The position numbers and the translations under genes are program-made. DNA of 28,290 nt, taken from a virus (Duplodnaviria; Caudoviricetes). The notes under the pieces were generated by a model, which worked only from the letters and a program-made list of their open reading frames with translations, had not been told where the DNA came from and ran no database searches. Shown here piece by piece: positions 1-6,751 of the stretch (its first letter is position 1; each line of letters begins with the position of its first letter). Location of the stretch: the IMG/VR virus record IMGVR_UViG_3300046786_000192, positions 1-28,290 of that record; one strand, written 5' to 3'.

Positions 1-86
1 ATCTCATCGTGAGCAACTGGATCATTAACACCAAACTGCCCATTAAATGTTTTGAATATAAATCTATCTAAAATTTCTCGTTTCAT
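1..86 (-). CDS. Hypothetical protein, 5' part only (MKREILDRFIFKTFNGQFGVNDPVAHDE...)
   Basis: Manually translated. ATG at 84-86 in AACTATG context, downstream of a TAnnTTTG promoter. Frame is open to the window edge. Confidence 0.6.
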   Translation of the reverse strand, partial: MKREILDRFIFKTFNGQFGVNDPVAHDE

Positions 87-110
87 AGTTTATTTGTTTT
101 TAGTTTTTAA

Positions 111-181
111 TTTAACCTAAGCATCATTGCTTCGGTAGAACAAAGATAAATAAGTTATTTAATAAAACGAACAATTTTTGT
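111..181 (-). promoter_or_regulatory. Bacteroidota sigma70-type promoter with conserved 5' leader (copy 1)
   Basis: Minus-strand TATCTTTG (141-148) fits the TAnnTTTG -7 consensus, with a TTG upstream at about 172-174. Segment 111-150 is 37/40 identical to 11086-11125. Confidence 0.7.
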
Positions 182-290
182 GAATATTTTTACGGTAGAA
201 TTACCATATCTTAAAGTTGTGTTTTTGTGATTTTTTCACAATAATTGGTATTTAAAGTTGCAAAATTGCATTATTAAGTCCTTTTTATGA

Positions 291-680
291 CTATTTTATC
301 TCATTTTCGCTACTTGCTAAAGGTATTGCACTTTCTACAACCTTAACATTTACAGTATTAATAGTTACTTCTTGGCTTACAGTTTCTTTAGGTTTGCCAT
401 ACACCCTACTCATTAAAGTATCTAAAGAATATAAGCTGCCTTTCTCAAGTGATTTCTTTAAAGCATTTGCTACTGTCTTTTCTAATATCGTTGCATTTGG
501 ATTTTTAAAGGTATCTGCCAACTCTTCAAGAGTCATAGACATAAGCACCTGGATAGCATCGTTTACCTCACTCATTTTGTACCCTTGCTCTTTTAAAGCC
601 GATACAAACTTTCTTGGTCTGCCATTAGGATTTCTTACCTCTCCCTTTTTAGCCGGTCTTAAATTCTGTTCGTTAGCCAT
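291..680 (-). CDS. Putative terminase small subunit (DUF5681-like N-terminus)
   Basis: N-terminal NLRPAKKGEVRNPNGRP motif and C-terminal RVYGKP are typical of phage TerS-like proteins. It follows ParB-like and HNH genes. Confidence 0.65.
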   Translation of the reverse strand: MANEQNLRPAKKGEVRNPNGRPRKFVSALKEQGYKMSEVNDAIQVLMSMTLEELADTFKNPNATILEKTVANALKKSLEKGSLYSLDTLMSRVYGKPKETVSQEVTINTVNVKVVESAIPLASSENEIK

Positions 681-700
681 TTCTCTTATTTGTTTCTAAA

Positions 701-889
701 TTATCTATTAAACTTTTCGTTAAAGTATTGCTCTGCAGATTGGTAGCTATTACTCTCAATGTATGCAGTTTTAACTTGATGCTCGTGTATTTGTTGAGCC
801 TTTATGAATGCTATTAGTAAATCATTACCTATGAAGTATCTATTTTGCTCCATGAATGACCTTAAAAATTCTATGGGATCTTGTTGCAT
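701..889 (-). CDS. Hypothetical phage protein
   Basis: 62-aa ORF in the operon with an AACTATG start. KAQQIHEHQVKTAY resembles QAKEMEKQQ in 7071-7424. Confidence 0.65.
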   Translation of the reverse strand: MQQDPIEFLRSFMEQNRYFIGNDLLIAFIKAQQIHEHQVKTAYIESNSYQSAEQYFNEKFNR

Positions 890-891
890 AG

Positions 892-1158
892 TTATTTATG
901 ATATTCTATTGTTTTATTGTGTAGTTCTTGTAAAAAATCGTTATATCTCTTGTTTTGTCCGTACCTAACATGGCATAATCTACAAAGTGCCATTACATTC
1001 TCAACTTTATCTTGCTCTTCTTTATTGTTTTTACCGAATTTGCTTCTTGGGACTATGTGGTGGAAATCATGACTTTGAGATCCACAGCATTCACAAGGTA
1101 TAAAATCAGCTATTGTATAACCAAAGTATTCAAGATAATCCTTTGCGTATTTCTGCAT
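892..1158 (-). CDS. HNH endonuclease
   Basis: CECC...HDFHHIVPRS...NVMALCRLCH: HNH motif with Zn-binding CxxC pairs, next to TerS as is usual for packaging HNH proteins. Confidence 0.85.
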   Translation of the reverse strand: MQKYAKDYLEYFGYTIADFIPCECCGSQSHDFHHIVPRSKFGKNNKEEQDKVENVMALCRLCHVRYGQNKRYNDFLQELHNKTIEYHK

Positions 1159-1159
1159 A

Positions 1160-1594
1160 TTAAAATTCTACTCCACAAGATGGGCAGATAGTTCCAGTTC
1201 CTTTTGTATTATCCTCTTCTTTATCTTCATTCCAAATAGGAACATCTAAACCCCAATTTTGTAGTTCTATTGCATCCCATTCATTAGCTAATTGCTCATA
1301 ATCCCATTCTCCAGCATTGATATTATCTCTAATTAAGAATTCTTTTAGCTCTTTAGCATTGAAATCAGTAGCTTTCTTAACCCAAGTATCCTCTATTTCT
1401 TTATAATTTAAGTCAATTAAAGCTCTATATCTTTGATTACCACCTACTATTATATTATTCTCATCTACAATTATAGGTCTTAATTCAAGCATTTTAGGGA
1501 ATGTCCTTATGCTTTCAACCAATTTCTTAAAATTCTCGTTTCTTACTACTCTTGGATTTTCTGGATTGAGCTTTAAACTTGATAACTTTATCAT
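1160..1594 (-). CDS. ParB/Srx-like N-terminal domain protein
   Basis: LKLNPENPR...RPIIVDENNIIVGGNQRYRAL...DN...GEWD, with a C-terminal CPSCG. Confidence 0.85.
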   Translation of the reverse strand: MIKLSSLKLNPENPRVVRNENFKKLVESIRTFPKMLELRPIIVDENNIIVGGNQRYRALIDLNYKEIEDTWVKKATDFNAKELKEFLIRDNINAGEWDYEQLANEWDAIELQNWGLDVPIWNEDKEEDNTKGTGTICPSCGVEF

Positions 1595-2019
1595 TTGAAT
1601 AGTTTACCCTCTGTTTTAGTCATTTTGTTTATTAAATCTATTTGCTCCTGGTTGTTATCGTAATGGATAGCTACTCCCAATCTTTTTACCACAGACCACT
1701 TATTGCCACCATTCGTAAAGTAAATATCACTTCTCTTAATACCTAACTTATCAGCCACATCAAATACCTCTTTACTATCCTTGCTTTGTCTTGCAGTAAT
1801 AATCAATACTCGGTATCCTTCAGTTAACATTTGCTTTGCTTTATCTTGACCTTTAGCAGTACTTAAAGTGTCATCAAAGTCAAAACTTACTATTTTTGCA
1901 GCAAATTCTCCTTGAGCCAAGATTGCACGATATACCTTCTCGGCTTTCGCTTGAGTATCATACAAGCAAGATCCATTGCCTATCCTATATTTACCATTTG
2001 AGCACTTATATATTGGCAT
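1591..2019 (-). CDS. HAD-superfamily-like protein with a short Cys-containing N-terminal module
   Basis: VSFDFDDTL (DxD motif I), IITAR (motif II), K, and HYDNN (motif IV-like). Confidence 0.65.
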   Translation of the reverse strand: MPIYKCSNGKYRIGNGSCLYDTQAKAEKVYRAILAQGEFAAKIVSFDFDDTLSTAKGQDKAKQMLTEGYRVLIITARQSKDSKEVFDVADKLGIKRSDIYFTNGGNKWSVVKRLGVAIHYDNNQEQIDLINKMTKTEGKLFK

Positions 2020-2317
2020 CTACTTTCTTTTTAGATTTCTTACCATTCGCACTGTCTTGATTAGGTGCTTCACTCGGTTGTTCAGCGACTTTAATGCTTT
2101 CTTTATATTTATTGGCATAATTATATACTCGGTTTACAAGTTCAAAAACGCAGCTTCCACAGTTATTTCTATCATTGCTTTCATATAGATACTTGTTGTG
2201 GATTGCTTTATATTGCTCAAATACTGGTTGAGTTAGATTTCTCAATACTTCATATTGGATGCTGATTGAGTTGTCTAATTGGGTAACAAATAAAAAATCT
2301 AATTCTTCTTGTGTCAT
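2006..2317 (-). CDS. Hypothetical protein with CxxC
   Basis: 103-aa ORF with NCGSCV, overlapping both neighbours. Confidence 0.7.
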   Translation of the reverse strand: MTQEELDFLFVTQLDNSISIQYEVLRNLTQPVFEQYKAIHNKYLYESNDRNNCGSCVFELVNRVYNYANKYKESIKVAEQPSEAPNQDSANGKKSKKKVDANI

Positions 2318-2547
2318 TTTCTTATAAATTTTATGATTAATTGAAATAAGATTACTGAAAGGAATGCACCTATAATAATCTGTTTAATATAAATAGGTAA
2401 AATTGAAATAATTAAATAAGCATACACCGGCAGACAATATTCACACCCAAATGGCTTCTTTTTTAAATACTTATTCCAGCTTGGTACTTGGTAGATTTCA
2501 AACCATACTACCATTACAATCAAAGTTGTTAAGATATTTTGTAGCAT
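2314..2547 (-). CDS. Small membrane protein with a KPFxCxxC motif
   Basis: Hydrophobic segments flank KKPFGCEYCL. ATGA-type overlap with the downstream gene. Confidence 0.7.
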   Translation of the reverse strand: MLQNILTTLIVMVVWFEIYQVPSWNKYLKKKPFGCEYCLPVYAYLIISILPIYIKQIIIGAFLSVILFQLIIKFIRK

Positions 2548-3167
2548 ATAGGAGTAAATTTGTTTTCTTTATTTTCTTGTACTTTTTTGAATACCTTATC
2601 CAGCTCATCAAGTATCTGGTCAATGTCCCATTCTTTAGGAACATCTATTTCGCATTCAATAGTGAATTTGATTTTCTCATTAAATAAGTCGCTCATTTTA
2701 GCTTTTCTTTTGATTTTAGAGATAGTTTCATAAATACTTCTTACTGGAATGCCAGTATCATTGCTTAACTTTTTAGCCTTGCAATTATATTTTAAATAGT
2801 ATTTAAGAAGGTTGTTCTCGTAGAATGGTAGTTTATCGTGAAATTCCTCCACCTTTTCAAACTTTGCCTCCATTATCTCAAAATCACTTGGAGTTTCTAC
2901 TATATTAGGTACTTCCTCATAAACTTTTCTAAATTTATTATGGAATGTACTGTCATTGGACTTAATCATGTTTAAAATGGTGCGAATAACATAGAATTTG
3001 AGATACCCATCATTGTGCATTTGGAATAATCTCTCTTCTGATAGATTACATACTACTAACATTACTTCGGATAGCAATTCATCTCGTAAATGCTCCGGCT
3101 GCATTTTAGAGATTACGTCTTTTAATTCTCTTGAATTATAAAGGTCAGTTATTATCTGCTGCCTCAT
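2529..3167 (-). CDS. Phage sigma70/ECF-like transcription factor
   Basis: Region-2-like segment (RDELLSEVML...LKFYVIRTILN) and region-4-like HTH (AKKLSNDTGIPVRSIYETISKIK). Confidence 0.6.
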   Translation of the reverse strand: MRQQIITDLYNSRELKDVISKMQPEHLRDELLSEVMLVVCNLSEERLFQMHNDGYLKFYVIRTILNMIKSNDSTFHNKFRKVYEEVPNIVETPSDFEIMEAKFEKVEEFHDKLPFYENNLLKYYLKYNCKAKKLSNDTGIPVRSIYETISKIKRKAKMSDLFNEKIKFTIECEIDVPKEWDIDQILDELDKVFKKVQENKENKFTPICYKIS

Positions 3168-3453
3168 CTTCGTGGATCATTGACAAAATTAAAGAATATG
3201 TTATAAGGTCTTGTAAGCTATCTTTCATACTCTCGTTTCTTGCCTCTTTGCCAATTAAATTGACAATTCTTGATATTTTTATTCCTATTTGATTAAGACA
3301 AACCTGGAATGCAGTAGTCCCACATAACATTCCAGTTTCTTTAAAATTGCTTAATCTATCTTCATTTGCATAGTCATCGCCTTTGCTTTCCAAAATGTAT
3401 AATATATCCTTGAATATATCTCTTGCAAATTGTAATTGTTTCTCTTTGGTCAT
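3145..3453 (-). CDS. Nucleotide modification associated domain 1 (Nmad1/DUF1599-like) protein
   Basis: KGDDYA...SNF...KISRIVNL...NESMKDSLQDLITYS pattern of this all-helical family. Confidence 0.65.
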   Translation of the reverse strand: MTKEKQLQFARDIFKDILYILESKGDDYANEDRLSNFKETGMLCGTTAFQVCLNQIGIKISRIVNLIGKEARNESMKDSLQDLITYSLILSMIHEDEAADNN

Positions 3454-3474
3454 TAAATTATTTTTAAAAATTTT

Positions 3475-3542
3475 GCTTGTCTTTCCAAGCTGTCAATACT
3501 TTACACAATAGCTTTTTGTGTCAATCACTATGGTATCAGCTT
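3475..3542 (-). ncRNA. Structured intergenic element with two mutually exclusive stems
   Basis: On the minus strand, AAGCTG/CAGCTT and ATAC/GTAT enclose an ACACA/TGTGT hairpin. An alternative hairpin GCTTG-GAAAGA-CAAGC overlaps the 3' arm. Confidence 0.4.
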
Positions 3543-3544
3543 TG

Positions 3545-3676
3545 TAGTCAGGACAGGACTCGAACCTGTATAGGCTGTCATTATAGAGACCACACATTCT
3601 GTGCTTTTTTACCTTTGGTGCTATAAACATCCAATGCGTCTACCAAATTAGCACCGCTATATTCCGCCACCTGACT
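3545..3676 (-). ncRNA. tRNA-like RNA (Leu-type D-arm, intact acceptor and T arms) with enlarged D-loop and non-canonical central region
   Basis: Acceptor stem AGTCAGG/CCTGACT-A; D-arm TGGCGGAAT...GGTAGACGC; T arm ACAGG-TTCGAGT-CCTGT. Length is 132 nt, with no canonical 7-nt anticodon loop recognisable. Confidence 0.65.
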
Positions 3677-3679
3677 ATT

Positions 3680-3772
3680 TTATTTTTTTTTAAATAATTC
3701 ATAATACCAATAATGTATTGTAATGCAAAAAAGTAAAAACAACATTACTCCGTGAAATATTAAACCTATCAT
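3680..3772 (-). CDS. Small hydrophobic 30-aa protein (MIGLIFHGVMLFLLFCITIHYWLYELFKKK)
   Basis: Manually translated. A-rich leader, one TM-like segment and a basic tail, lying between the two tRNA-like elements. Confidence 0.45.
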   Translation of the reverse strand: MIGLIFHGVMLFLLFCITIHYWYYELFKKK

Positions 3773-3800
3773 TTTATTTTTATTTTATTTTTATTTTATT

Positions 3801-3868
3801 AATCAGGACAGAATGTTATAGGGGGAGTGTCTTCGTTTCTCTGCCTATAAGCATTCCGACACCTGACT
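3801..3868 (-). ncRNA. Shortened paralogue of the tRNA-like element
   Basis: Begins AGTCAGGTGTCGGAAT and ends TGTCCTGATT (compare AGTCAGGTGGCGGAAT and TGTCCTGACT). Internal stem GGAATG-C-TTATAGG / CCTATAA-CATTCT. Confidence 0.5.
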
Positions 3869-3873
3869 TTTTT

Positions 3874-4110
3874 TTAAAAAGGTAAGTTTTCTTCTTTTTT
3901 AGTTGCAACCTCTATTTTGCCATTAGTCCAAGCTACCTTGCCATTGCCCACATAAACCCTTTTCTCTTTAGCTTCTCTTTGCTCTTTAGTTTGTTGTAAA
4001 CTTATAGCAACATTATTGCCATATTTATCTAATTCATCGTTAATAGATGCAGTATAGTACTTATATGTACCATCTTCTTGCTTTAGGCTGAAATTTACCA
4101 ATGCCGACAT
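3874..4110 (-). CDS. Small putative ssDNA-binding protein
   Basis: Beta-rich DELDKYGNNVAI...YVGNGKVAW with an acidic-aromatic tail EENLPF, like SSB C-termini. Confidence 0.5.
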   Translation of the reverse strand: MSALVNFSLKQEDGTYKYYTASINDELDKYGNNVAISLQQTKEQREAKEKRVYVGNGKVAWTNGKIEVATKKEENLPF

Positions 4111-4130
4111 AGTTATTGTTTTATATTTTG

Positions 4131-4406
4131 TTATAAATTTACTTCAAAAAAATGACATAAAAATTTTTCTTTACCATAAATTTCAAAATTATGATCTTCT
4201 ATTGTAATAAAGTCCCCAATAGTCATTTCTCCTAAATTTTCTAAATAAAGTCCTACAACTCTAAAATCTCTAAATAATATTTTTATAGTATAATTATTAG
4301 TTATAAGATTTTTATTAAATAATAATTGATATATTTCAGATACAAATTCTATATCACCATTAAATTGATATGCGTTTATTTCAAATTTTGATTTATAAAG
4401 TGCCAT
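4131..4406 (-). CDS. Hypothetical protein
   Basis: 91-aa AT-rich ORF overlapping the upstream gene. Confidence 0.6.
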   Translation of the reverse strand: MALYKSKFEINAYQFNGDIEFVSEIYQLLFNKNLITNNYTIKILFRDFRVVGLYLENLGEMTIGDFITIEDHNFEIYGKEKFLCHFFEVNL

Positions 4407-4734
4407 TTTTTTGTTCTTTTATTAGTTGTTCGGAATATTCCTCAAGTTTTGCTCTGTTCTCTTCGTTTAGAATTACATAGTTGTTTGCCATACTGTCAAT
4501 AGCTCCGGCATTTGCTAAATCAATCTCATACATTTTTCTAAAATCTTCATGAGTTATTTTCATTAGTAAGTCCCTATTGATCCAATCTAATCTACCAGTA
4601 TAACCTTTTAAAGTTTGTTTAGCTCCATAAGTTGCTCCGGTTTCTGTAATTATAAAATCAAAGTAATCTCTACTCAATTTAGCATAAAGTAAAGCCTTTG
4701 CAAAGTAAAAAGCATCTGTTGTTTTCGCTGCCAT
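4393..4734 (-). CDS. Hypothetical protein
   Basis: 113-aa ORF with an ACTATG start context. Confidence 0.7.
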   Translation of the reverse strand: MAAKTTDAFYFAKALLYAKLSRDYFDFIITETGATYGAKQTLKGYTGRLDWINRDLLMKITHEDFRKMYEIDLANAGAIDSMANNYVILNEENRAKLEEYSEQLIKEQKNGTL

Positions 4735-4788
4735 AGTGTAAAATTAAGAATTTTTGTTAATTTAAATTATTTTATTAGTTTTTTTTAT

Positions 4789-5133
4789 TCACAATTTGTA
4801 ATAATTGTTAATAGTTTGTATAAACTCATCTAAACTCCAGCATACTGCACATAAGTAGCCTTTTTTAGTTAGATAAGCCATTATTTTCTTTTGGGCTTCA
4901 CTTGGTTTATTATATCCGTATTTCATTTCAATATAAAGTCCATGATATTCTCCCATAGGAGTTGGAACGCATAAGTCCAAAATTCCAGCAGTTGTTCCCT
5001 CTGCTTTCAGCCTTTTAGCAGTTGAGTAGGCTCTATGACCTCCGTTAGGGATTGAGAATATTAATTCTCTCGGATATTGCAACCTAAACCAGTTTACACA
5101 AGCTACCTGGAGTGTATGCTCATCTTTTATCAT
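4789..5133 (-). CDS. VRR-NUC domain nuclease
   Basis: EHTLQ...SIPNGG...G(I)LDL...LYIEMK...SEAQK, a PD-(D/E)xK pattern. Confidence 0.85.
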   Translation of the reverse strand: MIKDEHTLQVACVNWFRLQYPRELIFSIPNGGHRAYSTAKRLKAEGTTAGILDLCVPTPMGEYHGLYIEMKYGYNKPSEAQKKIMAYLTKKGYLCAVCWSLDEFIQTINNYYKL

Positions 5134-5711
5134 TTGTTGAAATAGTTTTTAAATGTTTTATTCCATTGCTCTCTTCTCTCTGCTATTCTTTGCGTTTTAT
5201 TGTCCGTTTCTGGCTTGTTTGCTACTTGGTTTATACATTCTATTAGCTTATCAAAATATCCGTCTATAACCGGTATTTCATCGCTTACTTCGTTTATCTG
5301 TCTATCCTTTTGTATCTTAAATTGCTCATTAGCATAATCGCACTCAGCTGCATAAGTATTTACCCATTTCATAAATGCAATAGGACTTAACTTCCCGTAG
5401 ATATCTCCAAAAGTGCCGGTTTTAGCCTTTACATAAAATAGCTTCCATTGTTCTGCAGTTAGATTGGCATAGTTATTACAAATAAGCTCTACAACATCTT
5501 GCTTTTGAGCATTATTCCACTCGCAACCTATGTAGTTCAAAAAGTTGCTTAATTGAGCAGCTACTCCGGAATAAATCTTTTCTACTCCTAATTCTTTAGA
5601 TAATTGTACTAAAGTTTTTGTATGACTAAAGTCAGCTGGTGCATGATTAACCGAAATACTTTGCGACTTCTGGATCAAGTTCAATTCTTTGTCCTTCTTG
5701 TTTTGTTCCAT
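5130..5711 (-). CDS. Replication-associated protein (possible helicase loader)
   Basis: Directly downstream of and overlapping the initiator-like gene. Contains GTFGDIYGKLSP. Function inferred from position only. Confidence 0.45.
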   Translation of the reverse strand: MEQNKKDKELNLIQKSQSISVNHAPADFSHTKTLVQLSKELGVEKIYSGVAAQLSNFLNYIGCEWNNAQKQDVVELICNNYANLTAEQWKLFYVKAKTGTFGDIYGKLSPIAFMKWVNTYAAECDYANEQFKIQKDRQINEVSDEIPVIDGYFDKLIECINQVANKPETDNKTQRIAERREQWNKTFKNYFNK

Positions 5712-6396
5712 AGTTGATTATTTTATTAAATTGCGAATTAATATTTTTAAGTAAAAAGTTTTCTTTTAACCATTTGTCTTTTGAAGCATAATCTAAAACT
5801 TTCATAAAACTGCTTACTATCAATTTTTCAGTATTAGATAATCCTTTTTGATTGCAGATATTTATAATTTTAGCCTCTATCTCTTTTATCATTTTTCCAT
5901 CAATAGCCTGGTAAGTTGGTTTAAAGTTAAATAAAGTTTCATAGAATTCAAAATAAGCCTCTTTCATCTTGATATAGTTTGCAGATCCTTCTGCCTTATC
6001 TTTATTATTATTCTTTATTGTTATTACTTTATTCTTATTAGTATTAAATTCTTTAACATCTTGTTTTGAAGTTTTTTTAATACCAGTATTGAAAAAATTT
6101 AAAATCTTGTTTTCAACTATCTTAAAATGTAGTTTAGCCGGAATGCCTTGTAAAGAAGTTTCTATAAACCCATTAGATACCAATATTTTAAGAGCTTCCT
6201 TTTGTTTGTGATAGCTTAATGTAGTATCTCGTTCTATATTCTCGGAAGTATTAAAAAACCACTCTTTGCATTCAAAGTAGATCCATTTATCTACCAGGTC
6301 GGATATTAATATAGCAGCTTCCAACCCATATACACGAGCAAAGTCCTTATTAATTTGCCAATGTGCATTTTGGCTGAATAATTGTTTAATTAGCAT
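5647..6396 (-). CDS. Phage replication initiator (N-terminal wHTH, lambda O-like architecture)
   Basis: YGLEAAILISDL...WFFNTSENIERDTTLSYHKQKEALKILVSNGFIE wHTH, then a low-complexity K/N linker and a C-terminal domain. Confidence 0.7.
   Translation of the reverse strand: MLIKQLFSQNAHWQINKDFARVYGLEAAILISDLVDKWIYFECKEWFFNTSENIERDTTLSYHKQKEALKILVSNGFIETSLQGIPAKLHFKIVENKILNFFNTGIKKTSKQDVKEFNTNKNKVITIKNNNKDKAEGSANYIKMKEAYFEFYETLFNFKPTYQAIDGKMIKEIEAKIINICNQKGLSNTEKLIVSSFMKVLDYASKDKWLKENFLLKNINSQFNKIINYGTKQEGQRIELDPEVAKYFG
6001..6118. repeat. Possible iteron-like repeats plus AT-rich tract inside the initiator gene (candidate origin)
   Basis: TTTAACATCTTGTTTTGAA (6052), TTTAATACCAGTATTGAA (6076) and TTTAAAATCTTGTTTTCAA (6098), next to the very AT-rich 6001-6050. 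Confidence 0.35.
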
Positions 6397-6403
6397 AAAA
6401 TAA

Positions 6404-6493
6404 AATTGGCTTAATAAGTCAATAGAGTCGCATTCTATATCGTTAAAAAGCCAGTTAATAAGTTTAATAATCTATGCGACAGATTATATTCAT
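6404..6493 (-). promoter_or_regulatory. Structured 5' leader of the initiator: two hairpins with complementary loops
   Basis: Plus-strand ATAGA-GTCGCAT-TCTAT (6422-6438) and ATAATCT-ATGCGAC-AGATTAT (6467-6487). The loops are exact reverse complements. An outer stem TGGCTT/AAGCCA lies near the ATG. Confidence 0.65.
6464..6493 (-). CDS. Putative 9-aa leader peptide MNIICRIDY
   Basis: ATG AAT ATA ATC TGT CGC ATA GAT TAT TAA spans the whole upstream hairpin. Confidence 0.3.
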   Translation of the reverse strand: MNIICRIDY

Positions 6494-6513
6494 TAATAAA
6501 TAGTAGTTCTTTA

Positions 6514-6545
6514 GAAATTACCGGCAGCTTTTACACTACCGGTAA
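6514..6545 (-). terminator. Hairpin, possible terminator or attenuator
   Basis: Minus-strand TTACCGGTAG-tgtaaaag-CTGCCGGTAA followed by TTTCT. Confidence 0.5.
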
Positions 6546-6571
6546 ATCAACTATGAACATACAAATTTAAA

Positions 6572-6751
6572 CTAAATGGCTGACAAAAATTTTTTATTTA
6601 CTGAAAATTTTTCTTTTTTACCTTGCACGATATAAACTTCCCCATGTTCAGCTATTAATTCTACTATCTCATCTTTAGCTCCATATACCTTAAATATCTT
6701 TTTATCTACCATTCTATTGCTTTTTATATCCTTTAAGAGTTTAAATTTCAC
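6572..6751 (-). CDS. Hypothetical 59-aa protein (not in the ORF track)
   Basis: Manually translated MKFKLLKDIKSNRMVDKKIFKVYGAKDEIVELIAEHGEVYIVQGKKEKFSVNKKFLSAI. The GTG start overlaps the upstream TGA (GTGA). Confidence 0.6.
   Translation of the reverse strand: MKFKLLKDIKSNRMVDKKIFKVYGAKDEIVELIAEHGEVYIVQGKKEKFSVNKKFLSAI

Noticed and set aside
3470-3544. Theta/HDV-like ribozyme in the tRNA 3' trailer
   Set aside because: I could not identify the nested double-pseudoknot pairings by eye. A descriptor search would be needed.
3545-3676. Calling this a functional canonical tRNA-Leu or a tmRNA
   Set aside because: There is no canonical anticodon arm, the D-loop is oversized and no CCA is encoded. 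It is far too short for tmRNA and has no tag ORF.
3773-3800. (ATTTT)n tract
   Set aside because: It is a low-complexity A-rich leader on the coding strand, with no spacers, so it is not an array.
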